The position numbers and the translations under genes are program-made. The notes below the pieces were generated by a model. It searched no databases. It was not told the DNA's origin and was given only the letters and a program-made list of their open reading frames with translations. A stretch of 63,709 nt of DNA, the filler included, from Octopus bimaculoides (lineage: Eukaryota), in the NCBI RefSeq assembly GCF_001194135.2. It is 8 parts of 8 records of this genome, joined end to end, with 100 filler letters (N's around TTAATTAATTAA, not from the genome) between each part and the next. Parts side by side here need not be neighbours in the genome. Positions count along the whole stretch, not along the records: positions 35,453 to 45,962 come from NC_068990.1; positions 46,063 to 49,424 come from NC_068983.1; positions 49,525 to 58,236 come from NC_069000.1; 5 more parts are not named here. One strand, given 5' to 3'. Positions within the stretch are counted from its first letter, which is position 1; each line of letters starts with the position of its first letter. Shown here one piece after another: positions 36,363 through 50,920 of the stretch.

Positions 36363-38360
36363 TTTCATAATTGTCGTCATCATCATCACCATCATCATCA
36401 ATAAGTGCGTGCTAATCTATTTTTAACCTGCCACCATCTGTGCCATTGTACCGACAACCAACCACTGATAAAAAAAAACAACATATTAACATTATTACCT
36501 TCATCAATATAATCTTCTTTTTCTTAGCAGTCATATCATCATGCTCATCTTCCTATCCTCATACTCGACCGCCTCCACTTCAGCATCATCATCGTCATCA
36601 TTTTTAGATTGCGTATCAGATATGCATTCCGTCTTCGAATCGTAGTAATCAGTTTCCTTCCCTTTACGTGCACCTCACTCACTAATCGTCATTCATCATA
36701 TCCACCTGTGGAATCGGATAGTCTATTCCTTCAAAGGAAATGTGGTAATATATTCGACTATTCAGACTCGGCTAGACACAGCCTACACTCACCTTTTTAA
36801 GTAGCTTTTGTATATAAAAAATGTAATCATGTTCTTGGATTACTGTTGTGTGTTTCCGTCTCTGTAAGCTGCCATGGCAAACGCGTCCTGCATTTGTAAA
36901 CGAAATGCTGAATAGAAATCTATCAGGACCGGAGAGAGGGTTTTGTCCATCAACCTATGTTATATATATATATATTTATATATATATATATANNNNNNNN
37001 NNNNNNNNNNNNNNNNNNNNNNNNNNNNNNNNNNNNNNNNNNNNNNNNNNNNNNNNNNNNNNNNNNNNNNNNNNNNNNNNNNNNNNNNNNNNNNNNNNNN
37101 NNNNNNNNNNNNNNNNNNNNNNNNNNNNNNNNNNNNNNNNNNNNNNNNNNNNNNNNNNNNNNNNNNNNNNNNNNNNNNNNNNNNNNNNNNNNNNNNNNNN
37201 NNNNNNNNNNNNNNNNNNNNNNNNNNNNNNNNNNNNNNNNNNNNNNNNNNNNNNNNNNNNNNNNNNNNNNNNNNNNNNNNNNNNNNNNNNNNNNNNNNNN
37301 NNNNNNNNNNNNNNNNNNNNNNNNNNNNNNNNNNNNNNNNNNNNNNNNNNNNNNNNNNNNNNNNNNNNNNNNNNNNNNNNNNNNNNNNNNNNNNNNNNNN
37401 NNNNNNNNNNNNNNNNNNNNNNNNNNNNNNNNNNNNNNNNNNNNNNNNNNNNNNNNNNNNNNNNNNNNNNNNNNNNNNNNNNNNNNNNNNNNNNNNNNNN
37501 NNNNNNNNNNNNNNNNNNNNNNNNNNNNNNNNNNNNNNNNNNNNNNNNNNNNNNNNNNNNNNNNNNNNNNNNNNNNNNNNNNNNNNNNNNNNNNNNNNNN
37601 NNNNNNNNNNNNNNNNNNNNNNNNNNNNNNNNNNNNNNNNNNNNNNNNNNNNNNNNNNNNNNNNNNNNNNNNNNNNNNNNNNNNNNNNNNNNNNNNNNNN
37701 NNNNNNNNNNNNNNNNNNNNNNNNNNNNNNNNNNNNNNNNNNNNNNNNNNNNNNNNNNNNNNNNNNNNNNNNNNNNNNNNNNNNNNNNNNNNNNNNNNNN
37801 NNNNNNNNNNNNNNNNNNNNNNNNNNNNNNNNNNNNNNNNNATATATATATATATATATATATAAAGCAAATAAGCGTGTACACATTCATTTAGATCTAT
37901 TTATAAATTACAATCATACACATAACTAATCAAAATAAATAAACAAATGAACAAGTAAATGAATAAATAAATAGAAATAAATGAATAAGAATATATAATT
38001 TATAAGTCTCAAGGAAATTGGTCCTGTTAGTTCCCGATAAAGGCCAAAATAAAAATGGATTGCTGTGCAGTAAAACAGTTCGAATGAAATTTTGATTAGT
38101 AAAATATGAATAAATCCTCGAAATTTCAAGATAAGAATGATTAGTTCCATAATTCTGAGAACTAGCTAAATGACAGCTCATACATAAAACAGATTACATT
38201 GACTAATCTTGACACAAAAGTATTTTATATATAAAATGAAACCCGTCGTATGTTCTTTCGTCTTTGCAAAGCCATTAATATTATATGAAGGTATAAAAGA
38301 ACTTATATCAAATTGGATGCATAGAATTAAACATACATAATTTTTTTTCTTTTCTACTCT

Positions 38361-38776
38361 AGGCACAAAGCCCGAAATTTGGGGGGAGGGAGCAGTCGAT
38401 TAGATCGACCCCAGTACACAACTGGTACTTAATTTATCGACCTTGAAAGGATGAAAAGCAAAGTAGACCTCGGCGGAATTTGAACTCAGAACGTAACGGC
38501 AGACGAAATACCGCTAAGCATTTTGCCCGGCGTGCTAACGTTTCTTATTTCTTTATTGCACACAAGGGGCTAAACATAGACGGGACAAACAAGGACAGAC
38601 GAACGGATTAAGTCGATTATATCCACCACAGTGCGTAACTGGTACTTAATTTATCGACACCGAAAGAATGAAAGGCAATGTCGACCTCGGCGGAATTTGA
38701 ACTCAGAACGTAATGGCAGACGAAATACTGCTAAGCAATTCCCCCAGTGTGCTAACGATTCTGCCAGCTCGCCTCC
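38361..38776 (-). mobile_element. Two tandem family C SINE copies
   Basis: Reverse complements of 26055-26280 (cggcggaatttgaactcagaacgtaa.ggcagacgaaatac occurs twice). Confidence 0.85.
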
Positions 38777-40015
38777 TTATACATTAGAAATATTTGTGAC
38801 ACGTTAAGTAACTCATCTCTTTTTCAGTTATAACTACATAAATAAGTTGATTAATCAGGTAAAATCACCGCAATATACATGTAATTTACATGAAGTTCTA
38901 CTTTGAATTCTCTGTCATACACATACGCATGCACACATACGAGTCTCTTGTATTTATACTCCAAACTCCAGACACAAAGATACAAGCACGTGTACATATA
39001 TGTGTGCGTATCTATGTATAGACGTAGTTTTTTGATTATATATGTCTACGAGTGTCTGAGTGCATGAGTATTGTCAATTTATATCTTAACCATCAGGCAA
39101 ATTTAACACATTTAACAGCGAAAATCGAATTTATTCAGTGAAAAATTTAACTATGATTTAATGAATTCAAGCAGCAAAGAATTGTAGATAAGCGTTTAGT
39201 TTTAATCTCACGTGTAAACTATTCTCTTTACATATAATTCTATATTGTAATTAGATTTTTAACGAAAAAAACCGCCTGTAAACTCTTATAAAATATCTCT
39301 GATAAATATCATAACTTAATAGGCAAGACTTGTTTTCTCGTGCAGTAATTCCTGTGTTTCTTTATACGCAAAAAATTAAATCTACTTACAATTATGTTAG
39401 AATTTAATCCGCTAAAAGACATCAATGCGGATTAGTTTGGCGAAATGACTGTCTGTTTATAGTTGAGAAACGAATGCTTGGACAATAAGAATGGTAAATC
39501 AATTGATTCTGTAAATAGTGTTGCGATGAATATTTTAGGCTCAGTTTAATATTCATCAAAACAAAAATTTGCCTGACTATAACTAGGAGAAAAACGATTG
39601 AATTACAAAATCTGATATATATATCCGTAGAAAGAGAGAGGGGGAGAAATGAAAGAGAGAGAGAGAGGGAGGAGAGAGGAAAGAGAGAGACAAAGAGGGA
39701 GAGAAGAAGAGAGTAGAAGTAGAGAGAAAATAGACGGAATTTTTTCGCGCAATTCTTCCATTTTCTAAATTCCATATCTTTAAATAAGTTTGAACAAATG
39801 ACCTTTAATTGGTTGATGCTAATTTTGAAGTTATTAGAAGTGGCTGTGTAAGAAGCTTGCTTCCGAATCATATAGTTCGAGGTTCAGTTAAGTACCTTGG
39901 CAACTTGAGCAAGTACTTTCTGCTATAACCTCGGGCCGATAAAAACCTTGTGAATGGTATTGGTACACGGAAATTGAAAGAATCCCGTTGTACATACATA
40001 TATATATATATATAA

Positions 40016-40351
40016 GAGGGATGACCACTAAGAAAAGATTGTTGTCAAGAAAATTCAGCAAACGCCAGAACGCCAGAACGTAAGCGAGCAAGACAAATGA
40101 AAAGATACAAAATATAAAGATTAATCACAAACCCGGTTTCGTTGTTACCACTTACGTAATTACTTACGTAAATGTCCGCAACTCATCAGTGTGATCGTCC
40201 TAGCAATATAATTTGCAGAACTATACACAAGACGTCCACTTACGTTCTGACGTTTGCTGAATTTTCTTGAGAACAATCTTTTCTTAGTGGTCAGACCACA
40301 GGTGGTCTACTTCTTGCAAAATGGATGTCCACTTAGTGGTCATCTCTCTTA
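40016..40351. mobile_element. MITE with long TIRs, TA-flanked; right TIR interrupted by a short insert
   Basis: 40023-40084 is inverted relative to 40239-40292. Direct repeat cttagtggtca at 40283-93 and 40332-42. Confidence 0.75.
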
Positions 40352-40700
40352 TATGTATGTAATATAATTTTTATGAATCTTCAGATTTTTCAATATGCTA
40401 GGCCACTGGTTTTAAATTGATATTAATCGAATCAATATTCAAATTTCCATCCTTATTTTTTAAATTTATATATAAATATATATATATATATANNNNNNNN
40501 NNNNNNNNNNNNNNNNNNNNNNNNNNNNNNNNNNNNNNNNNNNNNNNNNNNNNNNNNNNNNNNNNNNNNNNNNNNNNNNNNNNNNNNNNNNNNNNNNNNN
40601 NNNNNNNNNNNNNNNNNNNNNNNNNNNNNNNNNNNNNNNNNNNNNNNNNNNNNNNNNNNNNNNNNNNNNNNNNNNNNNNNNNNNNNNNNNNNNNNNNNNN

Positions 40701-40748
<48 letters not shown>

Positions 40749-40879
40749 ACATTTGTATCGTCAGTTCATATATCCGGTGTCATCAAAATTGATAACTGTG
40801 CAAAGAAAGAAAAACGTAAAGAACAGAAGGGCTCAAAACACGAAATAACATGGAAGGGGAAAAAATGTATGGTCAGTTT

Positions 40880-41720
40880 TGCAAGAGATACGAGCGTCAA
40901 TAAATACAGAAGATGGTGGTTATGGATGTGGAGGTGAGACCTGAAGATAGGGACAGAAGCGCTTGTATGCGCGGCACAGGAAAAAGCGTTAAGGACTAAG
41001 TATGTGAAATGTAGAACTCACAACACAACTGAGAGCGGCAAATGCAGAATGTGTGGTGAGAGGGGTGAAACTGGATGGCAAGTTGTAAGCGAATGTCTGA
41101 AACGGGTACAATGCGATTACAAAAACATGACACGACAATGTTGTGGCAAGAATGATACATTCGTAGCTCTATGCAAATCACAGCCTACAAAGGAGAAACA
41201 CGTGGTATGACCAAATCTCAGAAGTAACCAAGAATGAAAATTACAAAATCCTTAGGGATACAATGATTCAGTGTAATCATCAGATTAGGAATCACCAGAA
41301 AGCTGACATTGTTGTGACAAAGGAAAAGAAAAAGAAAATACTTGCATGATAATCGACGTAGGATGTTTTTATCCAGAAAAATTAGCTGTGCAATTTTATC
41401 ACATAATAGTAATAATACTGTGATCGAGTTATACAGGATAATAGACCAGATATCGTAGTAAAATTGTCGTTGACAATCTTGCCTGTCCATAGATATGTCA
41501 ATACCAGAAGACTGCAACATTTCTGTAAAATTATTCGAATGAAATAAATGCAACGACCTTAAAATCGAAGTCTCATCAATGTGTCATCTAACGACAACAC
41601 ATGTATCTGTAATCATTGGAGCTGTGGGGACAATAGCAAAAGTCGCTCTTAATACCAAGAAATGTCTAACTTGGCTTTATAAGAGATCTCTGTTTAAAAC
41701 CTGGAAGATCTCGTACAAAG
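40880..41720 (+). mobile_element. Degenerate R4/Dong-like LINE C-terminus (zinc knuckle plus RLE)
   Basis: TEALVCAAQEKALRTKY...KCRMCGERGETGWQVVSEC...RHDNV; KILRDTMIQC...; VIIGAVG. Confidence 0.8.
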
Positions 41721-41837
41721 CAAAGCAGCAATGCACACACAAACACAGGTATCTATCTATCTATCTATTTATCTGCCTATTTATCTATCTATTTATCTGT
41801 CTATCTATCTATTTACATGTATGTCTATCTCTCTCTA

Positions 41838-41887
<50 letters not shown>

Positions 41888-42391
41888 CATACATACATAT
41901 ATATACAAACGAGAGTTTTTCAGTTTCCGACTACCACACCCACTCATCAGGACACGTCCCTAAATTGCCATACAGTAGGACTGAGCTTAGAATCATTTAC
42001 TTAGAAACCAAATTCTTCTCTCACAACCATATGTGTGCGTTTGTGTGTTTGTGTGAATCTGTGTTTATTTGCGAGCGTGTATATGTGTATGTATGTATGT
42101 ATGTATGTATGTATGTATGTATGTATGTATGTATGTATGTATGTATAAATTCGCAATATGTTCGTTAAGTTTCAAAAGTATATAAGTAGAATTTTGTCTC
42201 GAAGTTTATGATGCTGAATTATATAATGACACATACATATTTTGATTCACAATTTTTCAAAGATGGACGCTCGCTTTCGTCTAAGTACATGAATTTTTTA
42301 TTCGTGTTTATATTGATTCATACACTTGTTGTTGTCAAATTAATTAGCTTGTATTTCAATATAATTAGTTTACTCACACACTCACACACAC

Positions 42392-42444
<53 letters not shown>

Positions 42445-43102
42445 CACACTACACATACACACGCATTCATAGACGCGTATGTATACATACACACGAACAC
42501 ATACTTAGACTCCAAATAAATTGGTTTCTGTTTAATGATTTGGAGAATAATAAAAAAAAAAATTCAAAAAGATATGTACTAATTTATATAATCGTCTCTA
42601 GGAATGAGATAACGTCATTCCAATGGCGAGTTAAATAAACAATGTGAAAATGCTCTAATACAAATAGTTACATGAGCATTGTCATTCTTGGAGAACAGCG
42701 TGGAAATTCACAGAATAAAATATTCAATGCGAGAGAAACAGAAAGGTTGAGAGACTCAAGCAGACATAAAAAAGCAGAGATCGAATCAGAATTGGTCATT
42801 TATGGTGATTGATAGCTTTGCTATTACTCTCTTGTTTCCTGAAGGATTCAGTTTTAGGAAACAGGCAAGTAGAATAAAATGTCTCAGCGCATATTGCTGA
42901 TGTTTCCTTCTAGATTGTCTTTTCTTAAATGTCAACGAAAAGTGGCTTCCAGCCTTTGAAGTGAACATAATTTTGATTACCTTGATAGTAAATATCTTAT
43001 TCTATGAGACTAAGGATGTACTGTGCTCATCGAAGTATTATAAAATTCAAATATCCATCATATGTGTTTTTAGTTACATTATTTCATTTGTAACTGCGAA
43101 TG

Positions 43103-43225
<123 letters not shown>

Positions 43226-43520
43226 CATATGTATGTATAGAGTGTTAGGTGTGGTACAGAAATTTAATATTGAGAAAAGAAGTCATCAGAATCCTTTTAT
43301 TTCTTCATTATTGTTAGCGCTTTCGTTCGTTTCTCGAACTTGTTAAATAAGATTTTGTGAATGTACAAACAGCTTGTTCATTTATATAAACCAGATGGTT
43401 TTTGGGGGGTAGTTGGGGGGAGGTTGTTTAGAAGAGAATATTGTTTTTGCTTTTTGGGGTCAGGTTCTATGGCAATGGAGATAGGTAGGAACATAGGTAG
43501 GTAGATAACTAGCTAGCAAC

Positions 43521-43572
<52 letters not shown>

Positions 43573-43753
43573 TCAGACAGATAGATAGGTAGAGGGAGAG
43601 AGAGAGAAGTGGGATCCCCCTTCCTATTCACCATTCACTTATTCATTTATCATTTCCCATTGTATTGGAATGGGTTTAAGGATGGTGACACCTTCAAAAC
43701 AAGATAAAAAGGTGTGTGTTTTGCTTCCTTTCTCTCTTCCTCTNNNNNNNNNN

Positions 43754-43801
<48 letters not shown>

Positions 43802-46627
43802 TCTATATTGGGAAAATTCTTTCTTGTGTCGTACTGAAACCCGTCATTGTTACCCCCATTTTCCTCTTCCTTAACGTCATCTGCAGTAAGTACATGCGAC
43901 ATGAACTATGCCATTTCCATTTGAAAATCCGCGTTACACAATTTTGCTCTACTGCATAATTCACTTTTTTCAATTTTTCTTGTTGCCTTCTTTGTGCAAA
44001 GCAGCATTTACGCACACACACCACCCCAGTAATTTTTCACACATGTTTCTACAGTTGCCATTACTGAATATGTATCTAACTTTAAGCTATGGATAATGTT
44101 TCACACGGTTTGTATTTGCTGTTAATTAGTCACCTGGAAACCAGGGATACACGGATAGTATTTGCACATTTAATTTTTTTCACGAGAGAGTCATGAAGTA
44201 AAATATAATATAACCAAATAAATAATGCAAACCGAAAGAAAGAAACACCATTCAAAAGTATGTCAGAATTAAACATACTTCATAATTCTCTCAGGTTTGC
44301 TTTTAGAGAATAACATGGGTTAGATAAATCTTCGGACGGCATTCAATTCGAACTTAGTTAGTCTTGGGTCTTGGCATTAAAAAGTGTAAAACCAGCTTCT
44401 ATGAATTATGACCAGAATTACACGAGAGACTGAAATTTTAGATGTCACAGATTTGAACACAAAATATATAGACTGTGACAAGGTAACATAAGTTTAACAT
44501 ATTGTGAGATATCGAATCGCTATAGAGAGTGTTCCCGTATTATATCATGTAGATTCCGAACATATAAAATTTTGGGGATAACGGTTTCAGAACGGGAAAT
44601 TTCGGAAACTTCACCGGGGTCTACTTCAATTCGTCTTAACTTTCTAGAAAATGGATATTTTTTTAATGAAATTCTCTACAAATATACCTCGGACTATGTC
44701 GAATTGTGGGAGAAAACAATTGGAGGTTATATTTGAGAACTGTTCCCCACTCGGGGGTGTTTCGGAACAAGTTGTCCATATTTGTTTCATTTTCTCCGTT
44801 TCATTAAAAAATATCCATTTTTCTGAAAGTTATGATCATCCAAATTCGGTGGGGAAGAAATCTGTAGTTGTGCCTATATATTTTTAGTTGGTGAAAGGGA
44901 GAGGACAAGGACACACATAATAAGAACACTATCAAACATCGTTGAGCGAAAACTCTTATATTTTATCTTCTATATTTTACTTGCTTCAGTCATTGGACTG
45001 CGACCACGATCGTACACTGTCATGAAAGGTTTAGTCAGGGAAACATCAGTACTTCCTTACATACAGCCGAACACTCAGATACAGACACTCACTCGCATAC
45101 GGGCACCCCACACACTCTCTTTCTCTCTCTCACTCAGAAACACACACATGTATATATACACGACGTGTTTCCACGCAGGTTCCGTCTACCTGAATCATTC
45201 CCAAGCCCTAGCTCAGCATTAAGAGCTCTATTAGAAATTACTTCCCCAAGATGCCGAACCGTAAAAATAAATGTGAAACGACGTAACTGCAAAGGGAAGT
45301 GGAAGTATGCAGAATCATTTCATCAAAATATCATAAAATTAAATTACCAGTCACATTAAATAACGAAGGCATATCTTCCATGTAAGAAATGTATTTTGAA
45401 CAGATAAAAGAAACACATTAATGGCGAATAGCAGGATGTCTGCCATAGATGACGCACTGACATTGGATGAAGTACAAGCAAACAGGTTGTAACTCTGAGA
45501 GACAAGTATAAATCATCTCGTATTTACACATGATTTACATCTGTGTATAACAAGGTTTGCACAACTATTCACCAGCAATTGGATCGCGTATTAAACGCAA
45601 CATTTTAAGTATGTTTAACCATTGACACAATACGATGAGGTAAATAAGAACTGATAATATTAAATTATGTATAGAAAACGAAATAAAAGACTTGCACAGA
45701 AACCATCCATTCAGATTCAGATGAAAGTGATAATATACAACACACCGTAATGAAGAAAATTACTGTAGAGTCACACGTATATTAAAACCCGAAATCAATA
45801 AGATAATACGTATAAAGAAAAACTCCAGATCTGATATAAACTTTAACATAATGAAGTCGAAGTTAAATGAATTGGAGGGCTCAAGAAGAAAAAAAAAAGA
45901 CACAGACAATTAATAACTGTTTCAAAACCCGGCCATAAATCTGATTATATATATATATATATNNNNNNNNNNNNNNNNNNNNNNNNNNNNNNNNNNNNNN
46001 NNNNNNTTAATTAATTAANNNNNNNNNNNNNNNNNNNNNNNNNNNNNNNNNNNNNNNNNNNNATATATATATATATATAACATGTGTGTGTGTCTATATT
46101 CCCAAATGTTTCACCATTCCACCATTTTAGTACCCCTCACTGCCCCTCACTTAGGCTCTATAACTGCATACCTCACATTCCTTTATTCTTTACACTTTCA
46201 TACCATTCTCTCTCTCTCTATCACCCTCACTTCCCAATTCCTACTATCAATTTATCTTGACTGACAACTAACCAGTACACTTTCCCTCTCTTCATCCCTT
46301 TATTATCTCTCTCCCCATTTTTTTTCTTTTGTTTATTCCTTTCTGTTTTCTATTTGACATTACATTATCAACTTTTAAGTCAATTTAAATAAAATCATCG
46401 ATTCAATACCATTGTGTACAAAGTCTATATTTGGAATGACCAATTTTAAATACTATTCGAACTTACTCACAAGGTATTGGAATCTTATATGCATACCATT
46501 CTGCCTAAATAATGGATCTACAGATGCAATATCCCTGTATATCTCACGTCTATTTTCATTCCTCCCTTTCACTGTCTATTTCATAATTTTATCTAAAATA
46601 ATTATTGTTTAACCATTTTCTCACACC

Positions 46628-46675
46628 GTCTCCGATGAAGAGATATATAAAATATCCTGGAAACAGCTGTAAGAC
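46628..46675 (+). ncRNA. Degenerate type I hammerhead just upstream of a Penelope-like ORF remnant
   Basis: GUCU-CCGAUGA-A-(GAUAU/AUAUC partial helix II)-GAA-ACAGCUGU-A-AGAC. U4C substitution. Confidence 0.55.
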
Positions 46676-46709
46676 CTTTTATTCATAAATGTTCTAAAAC
46701 CTTCCACAC

Positions 46710-48600
46710 ATGAGAATGTGGTGTAGCATACTCCAACCAATAAAAAGGACAGCACACAATTTCCAAGCATCCAACAATGATGTTCCTACACTATACGGGT
46801 TACGCAAAGACCACAAACCCTACATGAACCCTGTCATAGAGCCCCCAACCAGACCAGTTTGTGGAGCGAATATCTCTAGCAACTGTAGACTGTCCTACTT
46901 AGTCTCACAGGTAATACTTCCTCCCATAGAGATGTCTCCAGATGTCTGTGTGAGCACGGAAGATCTCTTCAGTAAAATTAGTACTTGCAACCACTCCAAC
47001 GACCTCGCAGGTTGTGTAGTGGGTAGTATGGATGTGATTTCACTCCCCATCTATAGACATAGATTTTGATGTGGAGAAATGCATTCAGGTAATCTGTGAG
47101 AGTGAAGTAGAGTTCTGTAAGGTCAACACGAGGGAACTGGGCCTCCTCCTCAGACTGAGCTACGACAGTGACTATTTAGACGACCATGACCTCAGTAGAT
47201 TCTGCTCCACCAGGTCACAGAGTGGAAGACTACTCACCATTCACTTCAGCAGGGGAAAAAAAGCACCTCAGAGCGCTGGAATGGCTGGACCGCACCCGCC
47301 CAAAATCCTGAGAACAACAATTGGGTGAAAGAAATGATTGAACATGCAATAGGGACCAGTGTAAAAACCACCTTGAAGAACCACGTAGTAAAGTTCAACA
47401 AAAAACTATACATGCAGTTTCAAGGTGCAGCCATCGGTGTCGGTGTAGCTGGAGATGTGGCCGACCTCTTCATGACTTGGTGGGTCAGAAAACTTAAGCA
47501 AATGTTAGCAGAACAGTCCACAACTCCTCTACTCTACAGTAGATATGTAGATGGCATTAATATCATAGGACCAACTCTAGTAACGGTAGTATAGAAACTG
47601 AGAGGAACGTAATAGAGAGCCTCCAGCAAGTAGCTAACTTCATCCACCAAAGTATCAAGGTAACTATAGATTACCCCCACTAAGCACCCCAACTATAGAC
47701 TCCTTGTACTTGATACTGAAGTTTCGTTAGAGACTGTGAATAATAAAGTGCTGCTCCTTCACTCCTATTACATGAAACCTTTAGCTTCAAAGTACGTTGT
47801 TCACAAGAACGCAGCTTTGTCACACAACTTTAAAATTAATATACTGATAGCAGACTTAGTTAGGATAAGGAACAACATGTCCCCACTATGCGAACCTTTG
47901 AAATGAAAAAAACATACACAGAATTTCATGTACCGCATCTAGTTCTCTGTATATGCTCAGAAAGATAGAGTTCGAATATACAGGTGTGCTAGTAAGAAAT
48001 GAGATAACTTTATACGTAATGATACCAGTGATACCTGCCCTAGATATAGAAACAAAGACTGGAATAGGATACAAAGAAATTGTGACAAAGCAAACAAGGC
48101 GAACACGTGGTATAAAACCGACAAATATCAAGGAGTGATGTTTGTAGAGGCCACATCCCATGGAGAACTAGCCGGTAGATTTAGAAAAGCTCTGAAGGAG
48201 ACCGAACTCAACATTAAGATTGTCGAAAAGCCTGGGAACTCCATCAGATCACAGCTATGTAGGACGTACCCTTTGAGAATACCATATACACTAATGATAA
48301 TTGCATGACATGTACGATTAGCTCTGACATTAATTGTAGAAATTGAAATGTAGTTTACAGCATAAGATGCATAGAGGGTGAGGTGCTTCTAAAGACATGA
48401 ACATGATATACATAGGGGAGACATCTGGGAGCATTGCGGAACGAACATTTGAGACAATATGACGACAAAAAACAGTCCTCGATATTCTACCAGCATGCAA
48501 AGGCCCAATATGGAGGTTACCTGGGTCAACTTGACATCCGCAGCTTATCCAAGCACCCAAAGGACCCAACACTCAGATAAATACGGGAGTACGTCATCAT
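46710..48600 (+). mobile_element. Penelope-like element: degenerate RT plus GIY-YIG ORF
   Basis: PTLYGLRKDHKP; GSMDVISL; YMQFQGAAIGVGVAG; YSRYVDG (~47535-47555); YYMKPLAS; NVVYSIRC...YIGETSGSIAER. Confidence 0.9.
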
Positions 48601-49041
48601 AAATGAAACTTCCCCTATACTAAATAGGAAATATACATAATAGATATCATACCCCCATACCCACAGTTTAAACAGTTAGAGTAGAATAGTTAGTGGGCTG
48701 TTATGTAGATAGATGTATGTATGTGTGGGTGGGTGCATGAATATATATATGTATATGCACATGTATGTAAGCATATGGATATGAAAGTAAACAGATCAAC
48801 ATACAGACGGATAGGTACATAGGTTATATGAACAAACAAGCACACATACGCAAATGAAGACTGAAATACATGACCATATATACACACACACAGTTTACTT
48901 CACACAACGACACATATGGAGACACACGTCCACACATATGGAGATGCACATCCATACATACAAACACGGAACATAGTTGCGAAACACACACACTCAGACA
49001 TGCAGACACAAGGAGACAGTGGTTCACACACACATATACAA

Positions 49042-49072
<31 letters not shown>

Positions 49073-49536
49073 TAAACACACACATACATAAAAACACACA
49101 ACCACGGACATGCAAACATGAATATGCAGGATACATACATACAAATGTACACACATAGATACATACATACATGCATACATACACATGCATACATACATAC
49201 ATGCATGCATGTATAGGCACACACACACACACACTGATCCACACACATACGCACAAACTAACAAGAAGGAACGCAGTGTGAGTAACGGACAGAGTCAACG
49301 ACTATTGAAAAGGTTGCAGGACGCAACGAAAATTTTAGAAAAATAAAAAAGCTAAGTGGAAATTTTACCGGTGAGTGTGTTAAATTACATATATATACAT
49401 ATTCATATATACATATGTATATATNNNNNNNNNNNNNNNNNNNNNNNNNNNNNNNNNNNNNNNNNNNNTTAATTAATTAANNNNNNNNNNNNNNNNNNNN
49501 NNNNNNNNNNNNNNNNNNNNNNNNAAAGTTGAATAC

Positions 49537-49785
49537 AGCTGTTTCATATTTGCTTTTTATTGATGAATAAACCAATTACATCATTAAAGAAAAAACGTTT
49601 TCTTCGGGTGAATTAAAAATTTGAAATTTGATGTTTGGTTCAGAAAATGTACCAAGATGTGGAACATGTTTTTCAAACCAAACTTTAAATTTTAAATTTT
49701 TGATTTTTAATTTACCTGAAGAAAATTTTATTTTTCATGATATAATCAGTTTATTCCTCAATAAAAAATGAGTTTGAAACAGGTG
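49537..49785. mobile_element. AT-rich foldback/MITE with ~90-bp imperfect TIRs
   Basis: ctgtttca...tttttattga.gaataaac / gtttattc.tcaataaaaa...tgaaacag; ttttcttc.gg..aattaaaaat arms. Confidence 0.65.
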
Positions 49786-50695
49786 TAGTGAACCTTAACT
49801 CATTTGTGTCCTTCCTTTATGTAAACACCTCACCTGGAACATTCCCTATGTTGGACCTGGAACTCACAATGGATCGAATCTACATGCCTGTGTGCATATA
49901 CATGTATTTCTATATAGCTGTGTATATGGATGTGTTCATGTATATGTATATGTAAGTGTATATAAGTAATTATTTATAGAATTCATTTGAACCAAGATAT
50001 TTCAAAAACACTGGGTAACAACAGTTTTATTTATTTATTTATTTTTTGGTCTTTGGTCAGTAAGTGTTATTTCCTATCTGCTTCTATCTAGAAATAAAAG
50101 GAAATGATTACTATTCCCTTCAGACTTTGCTGGATCTGGGCATCAATATTTTGAAACTTACCTATTTTCCATTACATTTCAGACAGATTCATTAAGAATT
50201 AAGGCACATCAAAGTATAGGATACCACAAATTGGCTGGATAGAACCACACAGAGCAGGCAATGAATTCCATTACTGTAGACACTAATTATACAGACTGGA
50301 TACTGTTGTTGGGTAATTCTCAATTTCATTTTATTTACCAGTGATCTGATTAATAGGGGCAACACTTGGTGTGATTCAAGTATAATAAAAACAGACGAAT
50401 TGTTTCACTAGGAATCTTTATTTATGTGTTTGTGTATACCCTTGTCCAGACATCATGTGATGGTTGTAATAGATTAAATCACGCATTACATGGATTCTCA
50501 AGATAAACATAGTCAACCTGTGACTAGCCATACGCTAGTTATCTTACTTAACTTATTTAAATATATATATAATTATATAATAATAATAATAATAATATTA
50601 GGGACAAAATCCAAAATTACAGGTAAAAACTCAATTCAAATCAATTTATAAAAAATTAAAATTAAATTGAGCTTTATAGATTATAATATATAAAA

Positions 50696-50920
50696 ATATA
50701 TAGTTTTAGGGAAAAGAACCAAGTTTCAAGAACTCATCGATGAAAATCCACTATCCACTAAATGTCATAAGATAAAGATACTATCTTTATCTTATGATAT
50801 TTACTTTGTTTTATATTATACTCATTTATTGTGCTTTTAATTATTAATTTTTCTATATGTGATAGTGGATTTTCATCGATGAGTTCTTGAAACTTGGTTC
50901 TTTTCCCTAAAACTATATAT
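50696..50920. repeat. Perfect 60-bp inverted repeat with 105-bp spacer
   Basis: 50696-50755 is the exact reverse complement of 50861-50920. Confidence 0.85.
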
